From the NCBI GenBank assembly GCA_023426425.1, contig JAFAAT010000108.1, forward strand, positions 1 through 33,220: a stretch of 33,220 nucleotides of DNA, in the 5' to 3' direction. Source of the DNA: Bacteroidota bacterium. GTDB lineage: Bacteria > Bacteroidota > Bacteroidia > Chitinophagales > Chitinophagaceae. The translations under genes and the position numbers were made by a program. The notes beneath the pieces are model-generated. The model had not been told where the DNA came from. It saw only the letters and a list, made by a program, of their open reading frames with translations, and did not search any database. This document shows positions 1-8,714 of the stretch, piece by piece. Within the stretch, counting starts at the first letter, position 1. The number at the start of each line of letters is the position of its first letter.

Positions 1-167
1 GGGGAGGCATTAGGGTTATTTTTGCGATGCTTTTGTGTAACTTTTGCGTAACTGTTGCTAAATGGTGAGGAGGCGTATGTTTTGATGAATTTTGGAGCTG
101 ATTGCTGCCAAAATGGCTGAGATTCACATCCTGGAAATTGCGAAATTAATCAGCTAGTTTTAAGGGG

Positions 168-926
168 ATGATCATTGCGCTATGTCTGTTTGCGTTTATG
201 GCCGGTTTTGTGGATGCGATGGTGGGAGGTGGGGGGCTGGTTCAGTTGCCGGCTTTTTTCATTTTGCAACCGCAGCTGAGTCTGGTGCAGACATTGGCAA
301 CGAACAAGACTGCTTCATTTTTTGGGACGAGTGTGGCCGCTGTGAAGTATGTGCGGAAGGTGCCGATCAGGTGGGGGCAGCTGGGAGTTACGTTGGTGGC
401 GGCATTTGTGGGTTCGATGGGGGGTGCGTTGCTGGTGAGCCAGGTGCGGAAGGAGCAGTTTATGCCTGTGATCATTGCGGCGTTGGTGCTGGTGCTGTTG
501 TATACATTATTTAAGAAGGAGCTGGGGCTGCACCATACGGAAAAGCAGTTGACGCGGAGGCAGTGGGTGATGAATGCGTTATTTACGGGAGGGGTGATTG
601 GGTTTTATGATGGGTTGATTGGTCCTGGTACGGGGAGCTTTTTGATATTTGCGTTTGTGGTGTTGTTTGGGTATAACTTTCTGCATGCTTCGGCGAATGC
701 GAAGGTGGTGAATGTGGTGACGAATATTTCGGCGTTGCTGTTCTTCCTTTGGCAGGGCCATATAGTCTGGTCGCTGGCGATGCCGGTTGGGCTGGCGAAC
801 ATGGCGGGTAATTACCTTGGCAGCCATATGGCCCTGCGGAAAGGAAGCGGGTTTATAAGGGTGTTTTTTTTAGTTGTGGGAGTGGTGTTGATATTGAAGC
901 TGGGCTGGGATTATTCCTGGAGGTGA
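168..926 (+). CDS. TSUP (TauE/SafE, DUF81) family membrane transporter
   Basis: 252-aa ORF with ATG at 168. Polytopic hydrophobic protein with duplicated glycine motifs (GFVDAMVGGGGLVQLP near the N-terminus, GFYDGLIGPGTGSF in the second half), typical of 4+4 TM TauE/SafE-type exporters. Confidence 0.8.
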   Translation: MIIALCLFAFMAGFVDAMVGGGGLVQLPAFFILQPQLSLVQTLATNKTASFFGTSVAAVKYVRKVPIRWGQLGVTLVAAFVGSMGGALLVSQVRKEQFMPVIIAALVLVLLYTLFKKELGLHHTEKQLTRRQWVMNALFTGGVIGFYDGLIGPGTGSFLIFAFVVLFGYNFLHASANAKVVNVVTNISALLFFLWQGHIVWSLAMPVGLANMAGNYLGSHMALRKGSGFIRVFFLVVGVVLILKLGWDYSWR

Positions 927-1552
927 TATCGGAGCAATCTGCGTTCGATATGACCTGGTAGATGAACGTAGGAGTAGGGGATTTGGTAGACGATACCTAC
1001 GTCTTTTGCATAGCGGGTAGGTTCATTTCGGGTGGTCCAGACAGTGGCGAACTGCGGGGTGAGTGTAATGGTGCGGTTGAATGCGGAGGTGACGAAAATT
1101 CCGGCGGGCACCTGGACTGCCAAGTCTTTGTCGGTCATTTTGGTTTCGACTACTCCGATAGTGTCTTGTGCAGATGTGATAAAGGATGTGTCGAAGGCAT
1201 TGTCGAAGTTGAGGTAGGAAAAGACGACCTTACCCAAGTGGTTTACGATGTAGTGAAGACTATCGCGGAGGATGGTTCGGTCTTTGGCCATGGGCGTGCT
1301 TTCTTCGACCATCAGGATGTGATATTTGTTGTTCCGGATGGTGGTGTCTTTTTCTACCCAGATGCTGTCGAGACCTAGGGGTTGTTCGGTGCCGTTGGTG
1401 TCAACCAAGGCTTTTTCATAGACCCAGTAGTTGCCGACCTGGAGAGGCAGGTAGGAGTCGTAGGTGGTAAAGTGCTCCGTGGTGTTGTCTTTTTTGCAGG
1501 AGCTGAAAACAATGAGGAAGAGAGTCGCGAAAAGAAAGGTTTTTCTTGTCAT
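911..1552 (-). CDS. hypothetical lipoprotein
   Basis: 213-aa ORF with ATG at 1552. N-terminal signal peptide ending in a lipobox-like FSSC (MTRKTFLFATLFLIVFSSCKKDN). No recognisable catalytic motif. 3' end overlaps the convergent TSUP gene by 16 nt. Confidence 0.6.
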   Translation of the reverse strand: MTRKTFLFATLFLIVFSSCKKDNTTEHFTTYDSYLPLQVGNYWVYEKALVDTNGTEQPLGLDSIWVEKDTTIRNNKYHILMVEESTPMAKDRTILRDSLHYIVNHLGKVVFSYLNFDNAFDTSFITSAQDTIGVVETKMTDKDLAVQVPAGIFVTSAFNRTITLTPQFATVWTTRNEPTRYAKDVGIVYQIPYSYVHLPGHIERRLLRYHLQE

Positions 1553-1908
1553 GATTAAATGGATTTATATTGTAAAACGAAAAAACTGATGATTTATTTC
1601 ATTAGTGTAGACGTCTATTTACAAAGGCAAATCCATTTTGGGGTTAATCATGAGAGGCAAAAATAAAAATGTTTTAAAAAAACGACAACAGGGTACGACA
1701 AAAAATGAAAGCTGGGAATGTGGAGGGATATCTAGTGGATCTGGAGCATCCGATGAAGCCTTTGGTGGAAGAGATCAGGCGGGTGATGCTGGCGGTGCGG
1801 TAGTGGGGGAGCAGATGGGAGCGTATTTCATTTGTGATTTCATTGCTCTCCTCTATGTTTTCAGCAAATCTTTTTTTACCTTACCGCTAATTTATTGACA
1901 GTGCCATT

Positions 1909-2421
1909 ATGAAGAAGCTTTTGATTGCTGCATTACTGCCATTATTGATTTTTGCCTGTGCGAAGGAGGAGGATATTAATCCGCCTCTGACGACTCCGAC
2001 CTGCGAGGATAGTACAGATGATGGGGTGTTCAGGGAGTTTAACCTGCCTGAGACTTCGTTATTGTTGTTGCCGGATTCGCTGGAGATACCTGATACTGAG
2101 ACTCCGGGGATTGTGGATACGATGTATATGACCAGCCGTGTGTTGAGGAAGAACAGTATAATATATGATCCAAAGTTTGTGTTCAGGCCTAACAGACCTA
2201 TGCACGTGTCGATGTATTTATCGTATTATAAGAGCAGCAACAAGTTATACACCTGGTACCAGTTTGTGAATGATACGAGTAAGAATGTGGAGTATAATAT
2301 TTACAATGCGCGGGAGTTAAATCTTGAGGATGGCTGCTACAGGATGTATTATGTGTTTGAAGACAGTGCGCGCAGACAAGTGCTTACGAAGGGTCATTAC
2401 GATCTTACAGTTAAGAAGTAA
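1909..2421 (+). CDS. hypothetical lipoprotein
   Basis: 170-aa ORF with ATG at 1909. Signal peptide plus lipobox-like LIFAC. Followed by a canonical terminator at 2441-2466. Confidence 0.6.
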   Translation: MKKLLIAALLPLLIFACAKEEDINPPLTTPTCEDSTDDGVFREFNLPETSLLLLPDSLEIPDTETPGIVDTMYMTSRVLRKNSIIYDPKFVFRPNRPMHVSMYLSYYKSSNKLYTWYQFVNDTSKNVEYNIYNARELNLEDGCYRMYYVFEDSARRQVLTKGHYDLTVKK

Positions 2422-2440
2422 GGACTTTATCACCATCAGG

Positions 2441-2466
2441 AGCCCCGCATTGGCGGGGCTTTTTTA
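2441..2466 (+). terminator. Rho-independent terminator
   Basis: agccccgc-attg-gcggggct: 8-bp GC-rich stem with a 4-nt loop, followed by ttttt, 20 nt after the stop of the 1909-2421 gene. Confidence 0.75.
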
Positions 2467-2527
2467 ATGTGCGGGTGTAGGGGGAAAGGAGGTAGGCGGA
2501 AGTTGACAGGGAGGAAATGGTGACAGC

Positions 2528-2559
2528 AAAAAAAAGCTCCCTGCTGTAGACAGGGAGCT
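2528..2559 (-). terminator. Rho-independent terminator of the RRM gene
   Basis: agctccctg-ctgtaga-cagggagct: 9-bp stem preceded on the plus strand by an A8 run, which is a U-tract on the minus strand. Lies about 20 nt downstream of the RRM gene stop. Confidence 0.7.
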
Positions 2560-2579
2560 GTAAACAATTGTGTGTATTG

Positions 2580-3092
2580 TTATTGATTTGTATTGTAGTT
2601 CTTTTCTTCGCCGCCATAAGTGCGGTTAGCATTGTTGTCTCCGTAGGAGCGGTTGCCGTAGGAGCGGTTACCACCGCCTTCACCATAGGAGCGATTGCCG
2701 CTGTTGTCGCCGTAGGAACGGTTGGGGTTATATCCGCTGCCACCGCTTTTATTGTATCCACCGCCGCCGCTTCTGTTGTAATTGCCGCCACCGCCGCCGG
2801 GACGTTTCTGGAAGCCTCTGTTTCCGCCACCGCGGTTGTTATTGCTGGTCTTGTTTCCTTTAGCTTCCTTAACGGAGATGATTCCGCCCATGAAGTAGGT
2901 GTAGTCGAGGTTATCGATGGCCTCGTAGGCGCTGAACTTCTCTTCCATTTCCACAAAACCAAAACCTTTAGGGAAGCCGGTTTGCGGGTCGATGATAAGT
3001 TTTACGGATTTGATTTCGCCAAATTCAGAGAAGAGATCTCTGAGTTGTTGCTCGTTTGTTTCGGGGCTGAGATTGCCTACATAGAGGTTCAT
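2580..3092 (-). CDS. RRM-type RNA-binding protein with Gly/Asn/Ser/Tyr-rich C-terminal tail
   Basis: 170 aa with ATG at 3092. RNP-2 LYVGNL and RNP-1 KGFGFVEM motifs in the first ~80 aa. The remaining ~90 aa are low complexity (GGGGNYNRSGGGGYNKSGGSGYN...NRSYG repeats). Confidence 0.9.
   Translation of the reverse strand: MNLYVGNLSPETNEQQLRDLFSEFGEIKSVKLIIDPQTGFPKGFGFVEMEEKFSAYEAIDNLDYTYFMGGIISVKEAKGNKTSNNNRGGGNRGFQKRPGGGGGNYNRSGGGGYNKSGGSGYNPNRSYGDNSGNRSYGEGGGNRSYGNRSYGDNNANRTYGGEEKNYNTNQ
2613..2723 (-). repeat. imperfect in-frame repeats (15-nt unit, partly tandem) encoding N-R-[ST]-Y-G
   Basis: Five copies of rCCrTArGnrCGrTT on the plus strand, starting at 2613, 2641, 2655, 2682 and 2709. 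On the minus strand they encode NRSYG/NRTYG units in the tail of the RRM protein. Confidence 0.7.
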
Positions 3093-3265
3093 GTTGTTGC
3101 TATTTAATACACCGGTATAGCTATGGGGCGATTCCCCGAAGCGTGCTCCGGATAGAACTTCAAGGTATGTATATAAAACGAATTGACCAAACGGCAGTAA
3201 GCGGAGGGATAAAAAACAGTTGTGTCGGCAAGGAATTTATGTTCATTTTTGCTAAAATCGACCTC

Positions 3266-3751
3266 ATGAAGGAAAATCTAAAGGAGATCATACCTGGCAA
3301 GGGGCTGGGGACGCTCCGGTTTGGTCTCAGCAGAGATGAAGTGAAAGCAATGCTTGGCGCTCCGACAGATACGGAGCGGTATACACTTTCTGATGAAGAC
3401 TGCGACACTACAGAAGCCTGGCATTATGACGAGTTGCAACTTTCCCTTTCTTTTGACGAGGAATACGATTGGAAACTTAGCAGTATTGCCGTTAGCTCTG
3501 AGGAGTATACGCTGGAGGGTCAGTCGCTGATTGGCAGGAAGAAAGGTGATATCCTGCAGGAATTTGAGAAAAGGCAGTGGGGGGAACCGGAGGAAGATGA
3601 AGAAGTAAGGGAAGATAATCCTGACAATTGTCTGATTCACATTGACAAGGGGAGTATGAGTCTTTGGTTTGAAAATGATGAGCTGACTGAACTGCAGATA
3701 GGACCTTTCTTTAAGAATGAAGAGATACTCTGGCCTGGCCAGGAAAACTAA
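3266..3751 (+). CDS. hypothetical acidic cytoplasmic protein
   Basis: The ORF track starts at 3143, but the first 41 codons look non-coding. ATG at 3266 (MKENLKEIIPGKGLGTLRFGLSRDEVKAMLG...) gives a 161-aa acidic protein. No family recognised. Confidence 0.5.
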   Translation: MKENLKEIIPGKGLGTLRFGLSRDEVKAMLGAPTDTERYTLSDEDCDTTEAWHYDELQLSLSFDEEYDWKLSSIAVSSEEYTLEGQSLIGRKKGDILQEFEKRQWGEPEEDEEVREDNPDNCLIHIDKGSMSLWFENDELTELQIGPFFKNEEILWPGQEN

Positions 3752-3752
3752 T

Positions 3753-4496
3753 TCACAATTTGAGATAACCCATTAGCGTACGGGCGTTGTTGATGGCGTA
3801 GCCATACCAGTCGTTGTTGAAATAGACATATACATTGTGGCCTGCGCGGGACCATTTCCTGATCTTTTTGGCATAGTCCTGAAGCATGTCGTCGGGATAG
3901 GGGGAGGCGAATAATTTCCCTGGGCCGTGGAAGCGAAGGTAGATATTGGGTGCGGTGATGTGTTCCGCATAAGGCCAACCTACTCCCTGTTGTGAAATGG
4001 TGAAAGCGATGCCATATTCTTCCATGAGGCTGATGCTTTCTTTTACCATCCAGCTTTCGTGGCGGACTTCGATGGCAAAGCGGAACCGGGAGTAGTGAGT
4101 TTTAATTAGTTCGAAGACATGCCTGACCCGCTCCGGGATGAAGCCTAGCTGGGGAGGCAGTTGCAGGAGAATGATACCAAGCATTGGCTCCATGGGTGAG
4201 AAGACCTTAAAGAATCTTTCAAAAGGTTCTTCGGGGTCTTTTAGTTTTTTCATTTGGGTGAGGAAGCGGCTGAATTTGGGTGAGAAGGTGAAGTCGGGAG
4301 GGACCTTGCTCATCCAGGCGTGGACAGTCTCCAGTGTGGGAAGGCGATAAAAGCTGCTGTTGATTTCTGTGGTGCGGAAGTCGTTGGAATAGTAGGGTAG
4401 CCATTGGCTTGCTTTGAGGGTCTTCGGGTAGTAAATCTCCCGCCAGTCTTTGTAGTGCCAGCCTGAGGTGCCTATGAATATGCTGCCGGAAGCCAT
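3753..4496 (-). CDS. DUF72 (YecE/UPF0759) family protein
   Basis: Signature IGTSGWHYKDWREIYYP...EINSSFYRLP near the N-terminus. Start trimmed to ATG at 4496 (MASGSIFIGTSGW); ATG at 4517 is an alternative. The 4706 start would run across the divergent OmpA gene start. Confidence 0.85.
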   Translation of the reverse strand: MASGSIFIGTSGWHYKDWREIYYPKTLKASQWLPYYSNDFRTTEINSSFYRLPTLETVHAWMSKVPPDFTFSPKFSRFLTQMKKLKDPEEPFERFFKVFSPMEPMLGIILLQLPPQLGFIPERVRHVFELIKTHYSRFRFAIEVRHESWMVKESISLMEEYGIAFTISQQGVGWPYAEHITAPNIYLRFHGPGKLFASPYPDDMLQDYAKKIRKWSRAGHNVYVYFNNDWYGYAINNARTLMGYLKL

Positions 4497-4569
4497 AGAA
4501 TTCAGGGATGAAAACATCAGGCCGACTTTGATCTGAGAGTCAGATTCAATAACTTGTTGAGGATAACCT

Positions 4570-5496
4570 ATGCGCATGAGGACGCTTGTCTGGCTGATTA
4601 TTGTTGCTTTTGGGTGCACTGCAGCGCAGGCGCAGAAGAAGAATGATACGTTTTCTGTCTTCTTCGACCTGAACGTGGCAGAGCTGAATGTGGGTGCCAG
4701 GAACACTATAGACTCACTTTTTTATGTAGAAAAGCTGAAGAATGGCGTGGGTATATCGATAATCGGATACGCTGATTACCTGGCTACGGATGAGTATAAT
4801 CTGGAGCTTTCGAGGAACAGGGCGGAGCATGTGCGGGACTATCTGGTGCAGTCAGGAATCCGGGCAAACCTGATCAAACTGCTATTGGGCAAGGGGGAGG
4901 TAAGACGCCGGGATACCCTACGGAGCGAGAGAGGTGTTGCTGAGGACAGGAGGGTAGATATTGTGATGGAGTATGTGAAGCCCAGACAGGATGTGGTGAG
5001 AACGGATATGTCCATAACCGTTAAGCAATCGGGCGATACGGATATTGTCATGCGGCCGAGTGAGAAGCTGATCATACCACCGTCGAGTGATGATCCCGGT
5101 TTTGATATTGATCAGGTGCCCGCAGGGAAGACGTTTATTCTTAAGAATATATATTTTCCGATGGGGAGGCATTTTCCGCGGGAGACCTCGTATGATGAGC
5201 TGAACATGCTGCTGCAAGCAATGAAAGAAAATCCAAGGCTGGCTATACAGGTGGAGGGTCATGTCTGCTGCATTACCAATGACATTCCTGATGCGCTGGA
5301 TCTTGATTCAAGGTCGCTGGACCTTTCGGTTAACAGAGCGCGGTTTATTTATGAGTGGCTTAAGGCGCGGGGTATTGCTTCGCACAGGTTGAAGTATATA
5401 GGATTTGGCAAAAGCCGACCAATATTTCCCAATGAACAGACACAGGAGGAGGCAGCGACCAACCGGAGGGTAGAGATCAGGATAATGAGCAGGTAG
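4570..5496 (+). CDS. OmpA-family protein with two OmpA_C-like peptidoglycan-binding domains
   Basis: 308 aa with a signal peptide (AFGCTAAQAQ). Two OmpA-like modules: NLELSRNRAEHVRDYL, and LSVNRARFIYEWL...NRRVEIRI. Confidence 0.85.
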   Translation: MRMRTLVWLIIVAFGCTAAQAQKKNDTFSVFFDLNVAELNVGARNTIDSLFYVEKLKNGVGISIIGYADYLATDEYNLELSRNRAEHVRDYLVQSGIRANLIKLLLGKGEVRRRDTLRSERGVAEDRRVDIVMEYVKPRQDVVRTDMSITVKQSGDTDIVMRPSEKLIIPPSSDDPGFDIDQVPAGKTFILKNIYFPMGRHFPRETSYDELNMLLQAMKENPRLAIQVEGHVCCITNDIPDALDLDSRSLDLSVNRARFIYEWLKARGIASHRLKYIGFGKSRPIFPNEQTQEEAATNRRVEIRIMSR

Positions 5497-5992
5497 AAGA
5501 CAAGCTACAGAGCGTCTCCAGAGCACCTCCAGAACACTTAATCCGGAGGTGAGTTTATTTACAAGCCGTGTACAGTCCTTACATTTAAGGGGTCAAAGCC
5601 CTTCGATACCCACTCTTCACCTACCCCACCTGGCTGTCCTCAAAATGACTACCGGAATTCGCACCGCGGAACGAATTCATGATGCAAAGATGGGGGTGAG
5701 GAAGGAGCACTTCGTGTTACACACGTTACACCGTAGGGTTCAAAGCCGCTCCAGGAGCGGGAAGAATTCCTGAAGAAAGTGTTTTTGACGCTAAAAAACA
5801 CAGCAAAACGGGTGATTTTGGAGTGGAGGAATAAAACCGGAGGAAAATTGGGTGTTGGTTACCGCTATTAAGCACTATTACACTACTGTTACACCGCTTT
5901 CACACTACTTTCTTAGGTTAAGTGGTGCTAGCAAAGCGTCGGGAAAAGTCATGACTAAGGCGCGGTATATTAGCATGAGCCGGGGGTAGTAG

Positions 5993-6020
5993 GATGGCGA
6001 CCCCGTCGGGAGTCGCCATC
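5993..6020 (-). terminator. hairpin downstream of the TonB-dependent receptor gene
   Basis: gatggcgac-cccgtcgggA-gtcgccatc: 9-bp stem, 20 nt past the stop at 6040. No U-tract follows, so intrinsic terminator function is uncertain. Confidence 0.45.
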
Positions 6021-6039
6021 ATTGAAGGGAAAGGGACTA

Positions 6040-8289
6040 TTATCTCAGCTTCCACCTCAGTCCTGCGTATATGTTAGTACCCATTACAGGTCCCCAGATC
6101 ATTGATGCATCGAAGCCTTGAGCGTAGGGGTTGTCTGCTCCCATGACAGGCTCGTGCATCATGTAGTTGGTAAGGTTTTCGCCGCCTACATACACTTCGA
6201 AGTTTTCATTGTTCCAGCTCTTGCTGATCTGTGCATTCATCAGCGTGAAGTCGGGTGAACGGGACTCTCCGCTGCTGTGGTGTGCATGCAGTGCGGGTAG
6301 GCGCTTGGAGCTTATCCATTGAATGGTATAATCAAATTTCCAGTTGTTCTTCGTTTCATAGCCAACATTGGCGAAGGCTCTGTGAGTGGCAATGAGTGGT
6401 TTTTCCTTTAGCTCCTGGCCATAGGTGGTGCGTACATCGTACCAACGATAGGCAAGGCGAAGGTCGAGCTTGCGGATGATCTCATAGTCTAACTGAGCCT
6501 GGAAGCTGTTGGCAAACGAGCTGCCATCCAGGTTGTAGAAGCGGACGGTATGCGCGTCTTCCACATCGACCACTACCTGGCTTTCGAAGTCGGTGTAGTA
6601 GTAGTCCATACTAAACGAGCCATCACGATAGTTGAGCATAAATTTCTGGGTAAGGTTCAGGCCAGTATTCCAGGCTACCTCCGGCTCCAGTCCATAGGCT
6701 TTGCCTGCTTCGCCTTTAAGTATTTGAAAGCTTCTGTTGCTAGCGAGGTAACCGGTGTTCTCAGCGAAGATATTTGCTGTGCGTTGCGCCCTGCCTACAG
6801 AACCTCTGATTGCAGTATTCCTGAAAGGTGCATAGCGAACGTGCAGGCGCGGGGTCATAAAGGCACCGAACAGGTTGTGATGGTCTGCGCGGATACCTGC
6901 CACCATGTTCAACTTTTCTGAGTGTGTATAGCTATACTCTGCAAAAGCGCCGGGTACTATTTCCTTTCGGTTGTAAGGGTTGTTGCCGAAGGTTTCATTG
7001 TACTCGTCTATGGTTGTGCTCAATCCCAGTTTTAGTACGTGATTGGTATTGCCGAGGATGGTCTGGTAGATCAGGTTGGAATAGAATGTTTTCTGTAGTG
7101 CGTCATAGTTCCGGCTGCCATAGCGGGCATTCTGGTCATGATAGATCCCTGCCAGCTGTAGTCCGACAGAGGTGCCGGGCTTATTGGCAAACACATGCCC
7201 GATCTTGGCCCAGCCTTCCATCCTTCGGATATTCATTTCAAAGCCCCAGGGCTTGCCTGGCCCTTGCTCCGCACCGGCATTATAGTCCATTTGTCCGCCC
7301 AGGTTATCTACATAGATGCCTTTGACGCCGCCCTGGATTTCCCAGCCTGTAGGACCGAACCAGAACCATCTGTTAGCCACCACAAACTGTTTGTCTACAG
7401 GCTGGTCCATAAAGCCATCGTTGTTCTGGTCGAGCTTCAGCCACTGTGATTTTCCATGGAGGAAAAGGTTTGATGAGAGGTTTTCATTGAACACCCTGCG
7501 GTGGATAATATTTCCCTCAGTGCGCGCCTGGGTACTCTGGTAAAGGTTGAAATGCCATTTCTCTTCTTCCTCTTCAAACGGTTTACGCCATTCTACATTG
7601 ATCTGGCCGGCTACGCTTTCATAGCCATTCACCACACTGCCTGTGCCTTTGCTCAGCTGCATGCCTTCTATCCAGGTGCCGGGCGTGAACGTCAGACCGG
7701 TGATAGAGGCAAGGCCTCGTGAGTCAGGAATATTTTCCCGTGTGATCATTGTGTATGGACCTGCGAGCCCCAGCATCTGGATCTGCTTGTAGCCTGAGAT
7801 GGCATCAGTAAACGCCACATCCACAGAGGGAGTGGTCTCAAAGCTTTCGCTCAGGTTGCAACATGCAGCCTTCAGTAGTTCCCGCGCACCGATGCGTTCT
7901 GTTTTTATCGGGTCGAGCATGCTGATGGTGGTGCTCTTCTGCCGGCTCACAATCTCCACCTCGTTCAGCGTCTTTGGTTGTTGCAGGACAATTTCAATTC
8001 GTCCTGATCCAGGTTTAAGCGCAATTGTATCCGAGGTGTAGCCAATATAGGAAGCTACCAGCGTGTGAAGTGAGTCCGGTACCTGAAGGGAGAACTTGCC
8101 TTCAGCATCTGCCTGTGTGCCCACTTCATGACCCGGTGTCTCGATGGTTACGCCCGGTAGAGGTATCAACTTGCCGGCGGTAGTTTTTTCAGTCACGGAG
8201 CCCTCGATCAGGCGTAGCTCCTGAGCCTGAGAGGCAAAGGCAAGGGGAAGCAATCCGCCCAGCAGCAGCGATTTTAATTTTCGTCTCAT
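6040..8289 (-). CDS. TonB-dependent receptor with CarboxypepD_reg-like N-terminal domain
   Basis: 749 aa with a signal peptide. N-terminal Ig-like segment (GSVTEKTTAGKLIPLPGVTIE...AEGKFSLQV), a plug region, and a long beta-barrel with alternating aromatic/glycine pattern. Last gene of a three-gene minus-strand operon. Confidence 0.9.
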   Translation of the reverse strand: MRRKLKSLLLGGLLPLAFASQAQELRLIEGSVTEKTTAGKLIPLPGVTIETPGHEVGTQADAEGKFSLQVPDSLHTLVASYIGYTSDTIALKPGSGRIEIVLQQPKTLNEVEIVSRQKSTTISMLDPIKTERIGARELLKAACCNLSESFETTPSVDVAFTDAISGYKQIQMLGLAGPYTMITRENIPDSRGLASITGLTFTPGTWIEGMQLSKGTGSVVNGYESVAGQINVEWRKPFEEEEEKWHFNLYQSTQARTEGNIIHRRVFNENLSSNLFLHGKSQWLKLDQNNDGFMDQPVDKQFVVANRWFWFGPTGWEIQGGVKGIYVDNLGGQMDYNAGAEQGPGKPWGFEMNIRRMEGWAKIGHVFANKPGTSVGLQLAGIYHDQNARYGSRNYDALQKTFYSNLIYQTILGNTNHVLKLGLSTTIDEYNETFGNNPYNRKEIVPGAFAEYSYTHSEKLNMVAGIRADHHNLFGAFMTPRLHVRYAPFRNTAIRGSVGRAQRTANIFAENTGYLASNRSFQILKGEAGKAYGLEPEVAWNTGLNLTQKFMLNYRDGSFSMDYYYTDFESQVVVDVEDAHTVRFYNLDGSSFANSFQAQLDYEIIRKLDLRLAYRWYDVRTTYGQELKEKPLIATHRAFANVGYETKNNWKFDYTIQWISSKRLPALHAHHSSGESRSPDFTLMNAQISKSWNNENFEVYVGGENLTNYMMHEPVMGADNPYAQGFDASMIWGPVMGTNIYAGLRWKLR

Positions 8290-8300
8290 GCAGGAGCGGA

Positions 8301-8648
8301 TTAATCGTTACAGCTATTAGTTTTGTACTGACAGCATCCGGGCAGCTTGTTGTAGACGACTTCCGTAGTTGCTACCTTCTCCGAAGAATGGCCTGCGTCA
8401 GCAACGCTTTTCAACACTTCATCTGAGGAAGTCTTGGAAGGGCGGTAGGTAACGATCAGCTGTTTGGTGTCTTTGTTCCATTCAGCTCTTTTGACACCTT
8501 TTACGTAGGCTGCGTTCTCAATGCGTTTTTTACACATGCTGCAGTTTCCGTCTACTTTGAAAGTGTCGGTTTGGATATCCTTGCTATTCTGCGCAAAGGC
8601 GGTTAAGGATGAAAATACGATTGTGAGAAATACTATGAAATGCTTCAT
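8301..8648 (-). CDS. heavy-metal-associated (HMA) domain protein, secreted
   Basis: 115 aa with a signal peptide. CopZ-like metal loop GNCSMCKKRIE (CxxC) and a Cys-rich C-terminus (PGCCQYKTNSC). Ends 12 nt upstream of the receptor gene. Confidence 0.85.
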   Translation of the reverse strand: MKHFIVFLTIVFSSLTAFAQNSKDIQTDTFKVDGNCSMCKKRIENAAYVKGVKRAEWNKDTKQLIVTYRPSKTSSDEVLKSVADAGHSSEKVATTEVVYNKLPGCCQYKTNSCND

Positions 8649-8686
8649 TTGTTTATTTATTACGGTTTAGAAATATAGACAGCGTG

Positions 8687-8700
8687 CTGACAGAAGTCAG
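8687..8700. promoter_or_regulatory. TGAC-N4-GTCA palindrome (ctgacagaagtcag)
   Basis: Perfect palindrome about 40 nt upstream of the HMA gene ATG. Its 12-nt core tgacagaagtca is identical to the site at 12390-12401. Confidence 0.5.
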
Positions 8701-8714
8701 TTGAAAACAGCTGG

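Noticed and set aside
1638-1898. 86-aa ORF in the divergent spacer between the two lipoprotein genes.
   Set aside because: It has a TTG start and a Gly/Ala/Ser-rich composition without domain features. It sits in a promoter region that also carries a 10-bp inverted repeat (aaatggattt 1557-1566 / aaatccattt 1629-1638). It is most likely non-coding.
2411-3107. Long ORFs 2411-2962 (minus strand, 183 aa) and 2568-3107 (plus strand, 179 aa) overlapping the RRM gene.
   Set aside because: Their products are Ala/Thr/Val low-complexity strings produced by reading the Gly/Asn/Tyr repeat DNA in other frames or on the other strand. The RRM frame has clear RNP-1 and RNP-2 motifs and its own terminator.
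5585-5607. T-arm-like hairpin aaggg-gtcaaag-ccctt, and a second gggttcaaagcc at about 5735, as possible tRNA or tRNA remnant.
   Set aside because: No acceptor, D or anticodon arms can be built around either copy. The second copy has no complementary stem.
5549-5773. 74-aa ORF in the long convergent spacer.
   Set aside because: It has a non-ATG start and an Arg/His/Ser-rich, low-information sequence. It lies within a strand-skewed non-coding-looking region and has no recognisable motif.
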